A stretch of DNA of 64,000 bases from Candidatus Poribacteria bacterium. Its GTDB lineage: Bacteria; Poribacteria; WGA-4E; WGA-3G. Made by a program: the position numbers and the translations under genes. Below the pieces are notes generated by a model, which did not search any database, was not told the origin of the DNA, and saw only the letters and a program-made list of their open reading frames with translations. The stretch spans positions 1,312,001-1,376,000 of the forward strand of contig CAXXUA010000005.1 of NCBI GenBank assembly GCA_963663765.2. The letters are read 5' to 3'. Position 1 is the stretch's first letter. The number at the start of each line of letters is the position of its first letter. This document shows positions 27,696-37,039 of this stretch, in pieces.

Positions 27696-28880
27696 ATGTT
27701 AGGTGAACGATTGAAAAGATTTAGAATCGCTCGTGGTATGTCTCTTGTTGACCTTGAAACTGCTATTGATCGTTTAGTTAGCAGCTCAACTTTGTCAAAA
27801 TATGAAAAGGGAACCTTACAACCATCAGCAAAGACACTTAATCAAATTGCTGCTGCACTCGGCATTAAGTCGGCACAATTGTGGGGTGAACCGCCTTGTG
27901 ATGTTGAACCGATTGCTTTCCGAATGCGTACTAAATTGGGTAAAAAGGAACAAGAACGAATAAAAGCTTTTGTAGCGGAAGAGGTCGAAAAACGGGTCTG
28001 GCTGCAGCAACAAATATCTGAACAGAACACGCTTGAACTTCCAATTTTGGGCATCTCAGTCCAAAACCTTGATGGTGCTGAAGAAGCCGCATATACCCTA
28101 CGAAACATACTGAACTTGGGAATTGACCCAATCGAAAACCTTATGGGTGTGCTTGAAGATCATGGTATTTACATTATTGTGGTCAATGCAAGCGAAAGTT
28201 TTGATGGTATTTCTTTTGTAGCACGAGATGAACACGATAATGTCATCGCAGCTGCGATCGCAATCCGTAGCGATGTTCCAGGTGACCGCCAACGCCTTAA
28301 CATCAGCCATGAACTTGGACATCTCATCTTAGATATAAACAAAAACCTTGATCCAGAAAAAGCCGCTTTTCGATTCGGTGCTGCTTTTCTTGCACCTGCT
28401 GAGCAGTTGCGTAAGGATGTTGGTCAAAATAGAAAACGTTTTGATAAAAAACAACTTTTCGACCTCAAAAATCGCTACGGTATGAGTATTCAAGCAATAC
28501 TCTATCGACTCAAAGATTTGGAGATTATTACTGACGCCTACTATAAGAAATGGTGTGTTGACATCAACAAATTGGGTTGGAAAAAGATCGAACCGATAGA
28601 CATATTGCCTGAAAAACCAGAGCGATTTTGCCAACAGGTCCAGCATGCCCTCTCCAATGGATTGATAACCGAAAAGGATGTAGAACGCCTCCTTAATCAA
28701 ACGGGACAGACAACTCCTGATAAGCCACTGAGCGAACGTCGTCAATTCTTAGCACTTCCAAAGAAAGAGAGACACCGTATCCTAAGCGAACAAGCAAAGG
28801 AGATGGCAAATTTCTACGAAAATGATAAAGAGTGGCAGGAATGGGAAGGAGGTCCCGTTGTTGAGCACCCTTATACATAA
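27696..28880 (+). CDS. XRE-HTH plus ImmA/IrrE-family metallopeptidase with a C-terminal extension
   Basis: LGERLKRFRIARGMS...LSKYEKG HTH; RQRLNISHELGH (HExxH), EKAAFRFGAAFLAP, YGMSIQAILYRL. Confidence 0.9.
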   Translation: MLGERLKRFRIARGMSLVDLETAIDRLVSSSTLSKYEKGTLQPSAKTLNQIAAALGIKSAQLWGEPPCDVEPIAFRMRTKLGKKEQERIKAFVAEEVEKRVWLQQQISEQNTLELPILGISVQNLDGAEEAAYTLRNILNLGIDPIENLMGVLEDHGIYIIVVNASESFDGISFVARDEHDNVIAAAIAIRSDVPGDRQRLNISHELGHLILDINKNLDPEKAAFRFGAAFLAPAEQLRKDVGQNRKRFDKKQLFDLKNRYGMSIQAILYRLKDLEIITDAYYKKWCVDINKLGWKKIEPIDILPEKPERFCQQVQHALSNGLITEKDVERLLNQTGQTTPDKPLSERRQFLALPKKERHRILSEQAKEMANFYENDKEWQEWEGGPVVEHPYT

Positions 28881-29223
28881 TCCAAGAAGGGGAGAAGTTT
28901 GGGATGTAGACTTCAGAGGATACATCGGGACAGAGATTCAAAAAACACGTCCTGCCGTGGTAGTAAATGTCAATAGTATTAAACATCTGAAAATAAGATT
29001 AATTGCTCCTATCACAAGTTGGAATGAAAAATATTCAATAAAAATTTGGTTCATAAACATTAAACCCAATGATTTCAATGGCTTGAGTTGGGAATCAGCA
29101 GTTGATACCATGCAAATCAAGGGAGCAGATGTTCAACGTTTTGTTGAAAAACGTGGTAAACTCACCGCAGCACAGATGGATGATATTACCGCAGCAATTG
29201 CAGCAATTATTGATTTTCAATAA
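28858..29223 (+). CDS. MazF/PemK-family endoribonuclease toxin
   Basis: RRGEVWDVDF, GTEIQKTRPAVVV, APITS, SAVD..QI..D..RF; GGAGG RBS at 28848 before a TTG start overlapping the upstream gene. Confidence 0.9.
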   Translation: MLSTLIHNPRRGEVWDVDFRGYIGTEIQKTRPAVVVNVNSIKHLKIRLIAPITSWNEKYSIKIWFINIKPNDFNGLSWESAVDTMQIKGADVQRFVEKRGKLTAAQMDDITAAIAAIIDFQ

Positions 29224-29384
29224 TTACGAATCGTGTTAAATAACTTTTTTCAACAATGTTTTACAATAAAAGTTTCTTCCAGTACAATGAACAAAAACGA
29301 CATAATAACCTTATTCTTTTTCCAACCGTACATTATACCGATAGGTTGTAGAAAAGATTCTGTCATCCGTATATTTTCCTAAAC

Positions 29385-30980
29385 CTAAGTCCGATGTGAA
29401 GGTACTTCCTGTACCACAGGAATGACATAAGACCTTATAGTCACCTCATCTATCGTCTCTGTTTGGACGCGTGGTTCCGGTTCGGCACGATGATCAAAAA
29501 CGACGTAATATCCTTCGCGCACACGTTCTAATTGGAGATACGCGGACAGTTGTTTCTTACCTGCATCATAGAACCGTTCTCCCTCCCAAATCTTTGTTTC
29601 AACGATGTATTTATTACCACCGTGAACGATAATCATGTCCATCCTGCCACGTCCCGTTTGTGTTTCAAGGAACATTGCACCCCGAATCAGACTGACAAAC
29701 TGGTCAAGATAGGCGTATAAAAGGTCTTGACCAACAAATTCTTTCGGAGTTTCTGGTACTTGGAGTATCCGAAACCCTACGCGGGCAATGAAATTCTGGA
29801 AGTTGTCAAGAAGCAGTTCCATATTGATTTGCCCCGTCGGTGTGAGATAGTCCATAAAATCGGTGTCTTCAGGTAGGTAGTCCTGCTCAAGTCCATTTAT
29901 CTCAGGTTTGAATGCCTGTAGAATGCAGTACTGGTAAATTGGATTTACTATTTGACACATCCCATCCTGTGCTTTACCAATCACACCGAGTGTAGTCAGT
30001 TCACTGATGATGTCTCTGCGTGGGTTGAAGCGTACACCCCTTTCATAAGAAACGATTTGCATCAGGATTTGTTTAAAACGATGGTCTCTACGGATATTTG
30101 TCATCAGATGTGTGAGATTGGTGTTATCTTCTTCGCATATATCTATGTGTGCCCGTGAAAAGTGCGTCATCGTGATTGGTTCATTTTTCGGAATGTCCAT
30201 CTCTTCTGTGAGTATCTGAGCGAATCGGTTGACGAGGAAGGGTTGTCCAGCAGTCTGTCTGTGGATATTTTCAATTACGTCTGGATCAATAGTTTGACCA
30301 ACTTCATCTGTCCACTGTGTGAGTAATTCACGCACCTGATCCAAAGTGAAGTTCGACAATATGAATTCGTCCTGTATATTGAAAGGTGAAATAGAGCGGT
30401 CAAGATTAAGTTGTGTAATGCTTTTAACACCTACAATACTGACGCTGAAGGGACATTCACGCATAGAACGTTGGACATAGATAGTACGGAGTGCATGCAA
30501 GAAACCACTGACTGCATCACTGGGAATACCGTCAAATTCGTCTATGATTAGCACTAATTTCTCAATGTCAAGAAAACTGTCAAAATGTTGAAAGAATTCA
30601 AGCATTTTAGCGTGATCAGTTATTTTTGTGTTTTCCAAGAATTCGGTTAAATCTTCAGAAGGGACAGCACCACGTTTCTGAAAAACGCGATCTATCTGTT
30701 CATAAATTCTTTTATTAAGGGAGGTATAGAAATCGGACGCGCTAAAGTTGACATACATCTCAAAATTTAGTTCAATTGGGAAGTATGTTTCTGTCCGATC
30801 GGCTGTGAGTACATCAAGTGCCCATTGGAAGAATGTCGTTTTGCCTGTCTGTCGAGGGGCAAATATGACGATATAACGACCTTGCTTGACGCGGCTGATA
30901 AAATCATTGAGTTCTGTCTTACGTGAGACAACGTAATGATCTTCAGGATTCACGGGACCGTAGGTGCTGAATGTCTTCAT
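29385..30980 (-). CDS. AAA-like ATPase (AAA_35-type) fused to a C-terminal PD-(D/E)XK nuclease-like domain
   Basis: APRQTGKTT, LIIDEFD, SPFNI, TAGQPFLV; GRMDMII...IVETKIW. Confidence 0.8.
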   Translation of the reverse strand: MKTFSTYGPVNPEDHYVVSRKTELNDFISRVKQGRYIVIFAPRQTGKTTFFQWALDVLTADRTETYFPIELNFEMYVNFSASDFYTSLNKRIYEQIDRVFQKRGAVPSEDLTEFLENTKITDHAKMLEFFQHFDSFLDIEKLVLIIDEFDGIPSDAVSGFLHALRTIYVQRSMRECPFSVSIVGVKSITQLNLDRSISPFNIQDEFILSNFTLDQVRELLTQWTDEVGQTIDPDVIENIHRQTAGQPFLVNRFAQILTEEMDIPKNEPITMTHFSRAHIDICEEDNTNLTHLMTNIRRDHRFKQILMQIVSYERGVRFNPRRDIISELTTLGVIGKAQDGMCQIVNPIYQYCILQAFKPEINGLEQDYLPEDTDFMDYLTPTGQINMELLLDNFQNFIARVGFRILQVPETPKEFVGQDLLYAYLDQFVSLIRGAMFLETQTGRGRMDMIIVHGGNKYIVETKIWEGERFYDAGKKQLSAYLQLERVREGYYVVFDHRAEPEPRVQTETIDEVTIRSYVIPVVQEVPSHRT

Positions 30981-31027
30981 TTTTTACTCCATAACGACAC
31001 AGGGAGATATTTTGATGCGTGTGTCTG

Positions 31028-31852
31028 CTAATTTTGTGTTGTTCCTAATTCTTCCTCTAATCGCACAATATGCCGATAGGTCGTAGAGAAGATTATATCA
31101 AGCGTTGCAATGTCTCTCGCCTCAAGTGGCGCGCGTGAAAACACACGTCGCAACGATTTCAGATACGTCTCCCACTCCTCATTATATGGAGTCATACCCA
31201 CCCTATCTAACAAACGTGTGACACGTCCATAAAACTCCTCCAAAGCGTTAACTTCGGCATAGTCAATTTCTGTGAGGGGGTGTTCCTCTAAGCTTGCAGT
31301 AAAGACTTCATAAGCAAATATCTGCACAGCTTGTGCCAAGTTCAGAGACGGATTTTTGGTCGCCATCGGCACACTTGCAGTTAACTGACAGAGACTCATC
31401 TGATCTGTAGATAAACCGAAGTCTTCACGACCAAAAAGTAAGGCGACCTGCTTATCCTGTGAGATGGAAGCGATTGTTTCTGCTGCTTGTCGAGCAGTTA
31501 CAGGCGGTGGCAATCGCATATCGCGCCGACGGTGCGTCGTACCGACAAGGTACTGAACACCCTCCAGTGCATCTTTTAGTTCAGGGATAATAATTGCATT
31601 TTCCAGCACGTCCTTTGCTCCGTGTGCCATATACCACGCAGCGTCTACATTTTGAAACGGAACAGGATTGACGAGGTAAAGTTGAGGTAGTCCCATCCCT
31701 TTTACAACTCTGGCAACAGAGCCGATGTTTCCCGGTTCGCGTGGTTCAAAAAGGATAATCCGTATGTTCGTAAGATTATCTGGTGTTTCTACGGGTAATG
31801 CACGAAAACTCTCTGCGGGTTGGTTTGGTTTTGTGGAGGTGTCGTTTGGCAT
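31028..31852 (-). CDS. TrmJ/LasT-family SPOUT RNA methyltransferase
   Basis: PGNIGSVAR, LLFGREDFGL, PSLNLAQAV. Confidence 0.9.
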   Translation of the reverse strand: MPNDTSTKPNQPAESFRALPVETPDNLTNIRIILFEPREPGNIGSVARVVKGMGLPQLYLVNPVPFQNVDAAWYMAHGAKDVLENAIIIPELKDALEGVQYLVGTTHRRRDMRLPPPVTARQAAETIASISQDKQVALLFGREDFGLSTDQMSLCQLTASVPMATKNPSLNLAQAVQIFAYEVFTASLEEHPLTEIDYAEVNALEEFYGRVTRLLDRVGMTPYNEEWETYLKSLRRVFSRAPLEARDIATLDIIFSTTYRHIVRLEEELGTTQN

Positions 31853-31875
31853 AATAATTGTACAGGATTTTCAGG

Positions 31876-32676
31876 TTAACCTTGGGTATCGTCAATGACT
31901 AAATACACCAAAGACGTTCCCTCAATATGTTGGATATTTTTGAATTCCTTTCCCGCTGCATACATCTCATTTAATGCAGTAGTCAATCCCGGCCACCACT
32001 GTTTGCCGTAGTCGTGCCATAAAATCACACCCTGTCCGTTGCGCAATAGGTTCAGTGCTTGTTTAGAATCATGCAACACATAATGGTATGAATGGGAACC
32101 GTCTATGAATATGAAATCTACCGTGTTGTAAAATGAGGAGAAATCATAGGTCGCGGAATCACCGTACAATTGGGTAATCTTCTGCTGACAATCGGATTCC
32201 AAGAATCTTGCTCCCGATGTCTCCTTATCAATATATTTTTCTTCTCCAACTTCTAATGGCAAGTCTGTCTTGAAAAGTTTATCCTTAGGTAGGTCAAGGG
32301 TGAAGACTTCGGCATCGGTTGAAGCGTTTGCTGCCAAATTCAGTGTTGTGCGTCCATCAAACGTACCGATCTCAAAAAGCCTTTTCGGGTTATACCGTTT
32401 CACCAATTTGGACAAAACAGTGATTTCTGCAAGGGAGATGTTGCCATCAATGTCAACAAGTTCACGAATCTGGATGGGAACACCTTCTGAGACAACCTCT
32501 GTCAAATCAATCGTTGGGACAATGGGGGTTGGGGTTTTCTTAACATAACCGAAATGAGTACAAATTTGGTTGATAAAGAGACGGTTTTTCTCAAAAAGGA
32601 ACCCGATTATAAACAGATAAAGGCAGGATAATACGGCATATATATACCTTGTTAAGAACGTACTAATTCGCTTCAC
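31876..32676 (-). CDS. Class I SAM-dependent methyltransferase (Methyltransf_24-like) with N-terminal membrane anchor
   Basis: FEIGTFDG, YGDS, FIFIDGSHSY, ILWHDY. Confidence 0.85.
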   Translation of the reverse strand: MKRISTFLTRYIYAVLSCLYLFIIGFLFEKNRLFINQICTHFGYVKKTPTPIVPTIDLTEVVSEGVPIQIRELVDIDGNISLAEITVLSKLVKRYNPKRLFEIGTFDGRTTLNLAANASTDAEVFTLDLPKDKLFKTDLPLEVGEEKYIDKETSGARFLESDCQQKITQLYGDSATYDFSSFYNTVDFIFIDGSHSYHYVLHDSKQALNLLRNGQGVILWHDYGKQWWPGLTTALNEMYAAGKEFKNIQHIEGTSLVYLVIDDTQG

Positions 32677-33294
32677 TGTCTGAATCCTTTCATACTCCTT
32701 CCCAATTTTTCGTTACTAACGATTTGAGCAGATTGTACGCAAACCACTGCATTGTTCTGCTTGATACAAAGTGTTTAAATCATACCACGACACACCGATA
32801 AAATCAAGAGATATGTTGGGGAATTGGGGAACTTGGGGAAGGCCGTGTAAAGTTTTTGTCACCCGTTATGTCAAAATCTGGGTAATCCGCGTCCTCCGTG
32901 ATTCCGCACACAACCCACGAAATCCGCGTCCGCCAGGATTCCGCAATAGAATCCCAATAGATTATACATGATATCTATTGTTCTCAAAACAATAAAAACA
33001 ACATACCCACACCACCATAAGGTATAATTTCACACATACACCCAATGGTATATTAGCTGGAATAAACGACATTCCTCTCTCAAACACAAAAGCAGCTAAC
33101 AAGTCAAAAAAAAGCAAAATACACAACAAAAAACAACTAAAAAATTTTCATGATTACAACACGGTTTACAACCAAATGAATTTCTTCCCTACAGAAGCAG
33201 CTAAAATTGGGATTGAAAACACCTCCCATAAATGCATAGGATTGCTTGTTGGTGACTTATCCGCGTTGTCCGTATCATCCGCGAGTCTAAAGAT

Positions 33295-33452
33295 CAGGAC
33301 TTACGCACCCAACGGTAGGCGCGCTTTGTAGGCGGGGAATGCCAAAAGGCATTCATACCGTTGATTTGGCGCTGGAAACCGAAAAAATGCTGAAAATTAC
33401 ACCATTTTCGTCAAAATTCTTCATCAAATCATGAAAACTGCGTAAGTCCTGA
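33295..33452. mobile_element. MITE-like shell G (CAGGACTTACGCA...TGCGTAAGTCCTG) containing family B interrupted by mini-element F
   Basis: 13-bp TIR; uninterrupted sister copies at 45592-45713 and 49915-50034. Confidence 0.8.
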
Positions 33453-33708
33453 AGATAAAAGTCTCTAAAATATCAAGATAATGTTCAATTATTTAATGTT
33501 CCAAATGTTTATTGTTCAACGTTACATAATGAAGTTAATTGAAGAAAAAAATGGTGCTGAATGTTTTTCATGCCGAGTTTTTTCATGCTTAATTTTCGGT
33601 ATTGATACACTGCTACTTTATTAAAAATAACCTTGCTTAGGATTAATATATTACGCGTATATTTCATAGTTATTTTGATAAATATATGTCAGATAATTCC
33701 GTTTTTGC

Positions 33709-33738
33709 TTGACAGCAGTTTTAAATCTTTGTTACAAT
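33709..33738 (+). promoter_or_regulatory. Sigma70-type promoter of nrdJ
   Basis: TTGACA-18 nt-TACAAT with extended TG, followed by an AGGAGG RBS. Confidence 0.65.
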
Positions 33739-33759
33739 ACACATCAGGAGGTATATTAT

Positions 33760-36700
33760 ATGACTGCCAACAATATCAAAGAAATTGATGAAGCAGTGAA
33801 ACATCCGATAGATGGCGATGGGACGGGACTCTCGTTCGGTCGATACTTTACAAAATCAGGTGTTCATCCTTATGACGAACTTGAATGGGAACGTCGTGAT
33901 TCTGCCATCTATAACGAAAAAGGCGATGTTATTTTCAAGCAGGATCAGGTTGAAGTGCCTGTGTCTTGGACGCAACTCGCAACGGATATTGCTGCCTCAA
34001 AATATTTCAGAAAGGCTGGTGTTCCGGATGTAGAATCAGAAACAAGTGCACGTGAATTAGTTACCCGCGTTGCCCGGACTCTACGTAGGGCTGGTGAAGA
34101 AATCGGCGGTTATTTTGCTACATCAGAAGATGCCGATACATTTGAAATGGAATTGACACATATTCTTATCACGCAACGGGGCGCATTCAACTCACCCGTT
34201 TGGTTCAACTGTGGTTTATGGCATGAGTACGGAATTAAAGGTGGTGGCGGAAATTACTATTGGGACAGAGACGCACAAAAAGTTAGTATTACTGAAAACG
34301 CATATCAATATCCACAAAACTCTGCATGTTTTATACAGAGTGTGGAAGATTCTTTAGACTCAATGCTTGAGCTGCAAAAAGCAGAAGTCAGACTTTTTAA
34401 ATACGGTAGTGGAACTGGATCGAACTTCAGTAAAGTAAGGGCAAAAGGCGAACATCTCTCCAGTGGAGGTGAGAGTTCAGGTGTGCTTTCGTTCCTTGAA
34501 GGATTTGACCGTTGGGCTGGTAGTATAAAGTCTGGTGGCACGACACGTCGCGCTGCCAAGATGGTCATTTTGGACATGGACCATCCAGAAATTGTTGATT
34601 ACATTGACTGGAAAATGAAGGAAGAGGAAAAGGCGAAAGCACTCATCGCATCGGGTTATCCCGCAGACTTTAACGGTGAGGCTTACGGTACAGTGAGTGG
34701 GCAAAACAGCAACAATTCTGTAAGGATTCCAGATATTTTTATGGATGCTTTCCTTCATGCCAAACAGTGGCAAACAACTTATCGTACTAGTGGTGAAGTT
34801 GCAGCGGAATATGAAGCGAAAATGCTGATGGATAAAATCGCTGAAGCTGCGTGGGCATGTGCTGACCCCGGTGTTCAATTTGATGATACAATACAAAAAT
34901 GGCATACATGTAAAAATACTGGCAGAATTAACGCAAGTAATCCTTGTAGTGAATATCTCTTCTTAGATGATTCCGCATGCAACCTTGCAAGTATCAATCT
35001 TGTCAAATTCCTTAAAGATGATGACACATTTGATATTGACGGTTTCAGGGCAACAGTACGTGTCTTTATCACTGCAATGGAAATCATTGTGAGCCTGTCT
35101 TCGTACCCGACTCCAAGAATCGCGAGACGTTCTCACGAATATCGTCCACTCGGACTTGGATATGCAAACTTAGGCGCAATGTTGATGCGGTTAGGTATTC
35201 CCTATGATAGCGCAGAAGCATGCAGTTACGCTGGAGCTATTACGGCTATCCTGAGTGGACATGGTTACGCCACAAGCGCGGAGATCGCCAAGAGTATCGG
35301 AACGTTTGCGGGTTATCCCAAAAACCGTGAATCCATGTTGGATGTTATCAATATGCATCGTGATGTGGCTTACAAACTTGATGCGACAACATGCCCTTCC
35401 GACCTTTTAGATGCAGCACAAAAAGATTGGGATCTCTGTCAACAAAAGGGAGAGACTTGGGGTTATCGTAATTCGCAAATAAGCGTTATTGCACCGACAG
35501 GAACCATTGCACTTCTGATGGATTGTGATACAACAGGAATTGAGCCTGAATTTGCGTTAGTCAAGTTCAAGAAGTTAGCGGGTGGTGGTTATATCAAGAT
35601 TGTGAACCAAAGTGTTCGTGATGCATTGAAAAAACTCGGTTATATACCCCAACACATTGAGACGATTGTAACGCATATCGTTGGAACAGGTACACTTGAA
35701 GGGACTCCATATATCAACCCGGAATCCTTGAAATACAAGGGTTTTACTGAAGAGGATATTGCGAAGGTTGAAGAGATGTTACCGAGTTCATTTGACCTTA
35801 ACCTTGCTTTTGCTCCCGGTTTCCTTGGTGAAGAATGTCTTGAAAGATTAGGTATCACAGCGGAAAAAGCTGCGGACCCAGATTTCAATCTACTAACATA
35901 TCTTGGTTTCAATCCGAGTGAAATTGCAGGTGCCGAAGAGATTATTTGCGGCACAGGTACGATCGAAGGTGCACCACATCTGTCATCTAAACATTATCCT
36001 ATATTTGATTGCGCTGTTCAATCGGGTAAGCACGGTTCTCGTTTTATTCACCACATGGGGCCCCTGAGATTGATGGCGGCAGTACAGCCTTTTATTTCTG
36101 GTGCTATATCAAAGACAGTCAACGTCCCGCGTGAAGCGACTGTAGATGATATTAAGGAACTTTATGTGGAAGCATGGCGACTTGGTGTGAAATGCCTAGC
36201 TATTTATCGTGATGGCAGCAAAGGCAGCCAGCCGCTTTCAACCAGTAGCCAACAGGATACGCAAGAGAATGCCAGTGGCCTTCCGATCCGTAGACGATTG
36301 TTAGATACGCGGAAAGGGATTATACACAAATTCAGTGTCGGTGGTCATGAAGGTTACATGCAAGTCGGCTTCTTTGAAGATGGCACGCCAGGTGAAGTTT
36401 TCCTGACTATGAGCAAACAGGGATCTACCACCGCAGGACTTATGGACTCAATCGCCATCCTCATCTCACTTGCCTTGCAATATGGTGTGCCGTTAGAATC
36501 GCTGGTCAATAAGTTTAGTCATGTTCGGTTTGAACCATCAGGATTTACACAAGATCCTGATATCCCCATGGCAAAATCCATTGTTGACTATGTTTTCCGT
36601 TGGCTTGGTAAAGAGTTTCTTCCGAAAGATGTACAAGCTAACACAGCAAAGATTCTTGAGTTGGATGACCAGATGGCAATACCTCAAGAAATTCCGCCAA

Positions 36701-36867
36701 CTGAGCATGGTAGAAATGGGGATACAGACCCGTGGGCAGACCGCGAGAAGTTGGTGACTCTCCGATATGGAGATGCACCGCCTTGCCATGAGTGTGGTTC
36801 AATTATGATCCGAAGTGGTATCTGTTATCGATGCACAAACTGCGGTGCAACAAGCGGATGTTCATAA
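33760..36867 (+). CDS. nrdJ: Vitamin B12-dependent (class II) ribonucleotide reductase
   Basis: FNSPVWFN, SACFI, ASNPCSEY, APTGTI, C-terminal TSCPD-type domain and CHECG...CTNCG Zn ribbon; no ATP cone. Confidence 0.95.
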   Translation: MTANNIKEIDEAVKHPIDGDGTGLSFGRYFTKSGVHPYDELEWERRDSAIYNEKGDVIFKQDQVEVPVSWTQLATDIAASKYFRKAGVPDVESETSARELVTRVARTLRRAGEEIGGYFATSEDADTFEMELTHILITQRGAFNSPVWFNCGLWHEYGIKGGGGNYYWDRDAQKVSITENAYQYPQNSACFIQSVEDSLDSMLELQKAEVRLFKYGSGTGSNFSKVRAKGEHLSSGGESSGVLSFLEGFDRWAGSIKSGGTTRRAAKMVILDMDHPEIVDYIDWKMKEEEKAKALIASGYPADFNGEAYGTVSGQNSNNSVRIPDIFMDAFLHAKQWQTTYRTSGEVAAEYEAKMLMDKIAEAAWACADPGVQFDDTIQKWHTCKNTGRINASNPCSEYLFLDDSACNLASINLVKFLKDDDTFDIDGFRATVRVFITAMEIIVSLSSYPTPRIARRSHEYRPLGLGYANLGAMLMRLGIPYDSAEACSYAGAITAILSGHGYATSAEIAKSIGTFAGYPKNRESMLDVINMHRDVAYKLDATTCPSDLLDAAQKDWDLCQQKGETWGYRNSQISVIAPTGTIALLMDCDTTGIEPEFALVKFKKLAGGGYIKIVNQSVRDALKKLGYIPQHIETIVTHIVGTGTLEGTPYINPESLKYKGFTEEDIAKVEEMLPSSFDLNLAFAPGFLGEECLERLGITAEKAADPDFNLLTYLGFNPSEIAGAEEIICGTGTIEGAPHLSSKHYPIFDCAVQSGKHGSRFIHHMGPLRLMAAVQPFISGAISKTVNVPREATVDDIKELYVEAWRLGVKCLAIYRDGSKGSQPLSTSSQQDTQENASGLPIRRRLLDTRKGIIHKFSVGGHEGYMQVGFFEDGTPGEVFLTMSKQGSTTAGLMDSIAILISLALQYGVPLESLVNKFSHVRFEPSGFTQDPDIPMAKSIVDYVFRWLGKEFLPKDVQANTAKILELDDQMAIPQEIPPTEHGRNGDTDPWADREKLVTLRYGDAPPCHECGSIMIRSGICYRCTNCGATSGCS

Positions 36868-37039
36868 ACCTCCAAGTATAATGTGAATAGGACTTATACG
36901 AACTCCGTGAAGGTGATATACCTATTGGGTTTGTGTAAGTCCTATTCTTGTGATTTCTGTTAAAACATGGTATACTATATTACCTCACAAAAATTCAATG
37001 AGGAAAGATTAACCTTATTATCCAACTTAGGAGAAGAAT

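Noticed and set aside
32700-33750. Cobalamin riboswitch or NrdR boxes upstream of nrdJ
   Set aside because: GGGAA runs are present, but there is no B12 box or GCCACTG, and no convincing tandem NrdR box.
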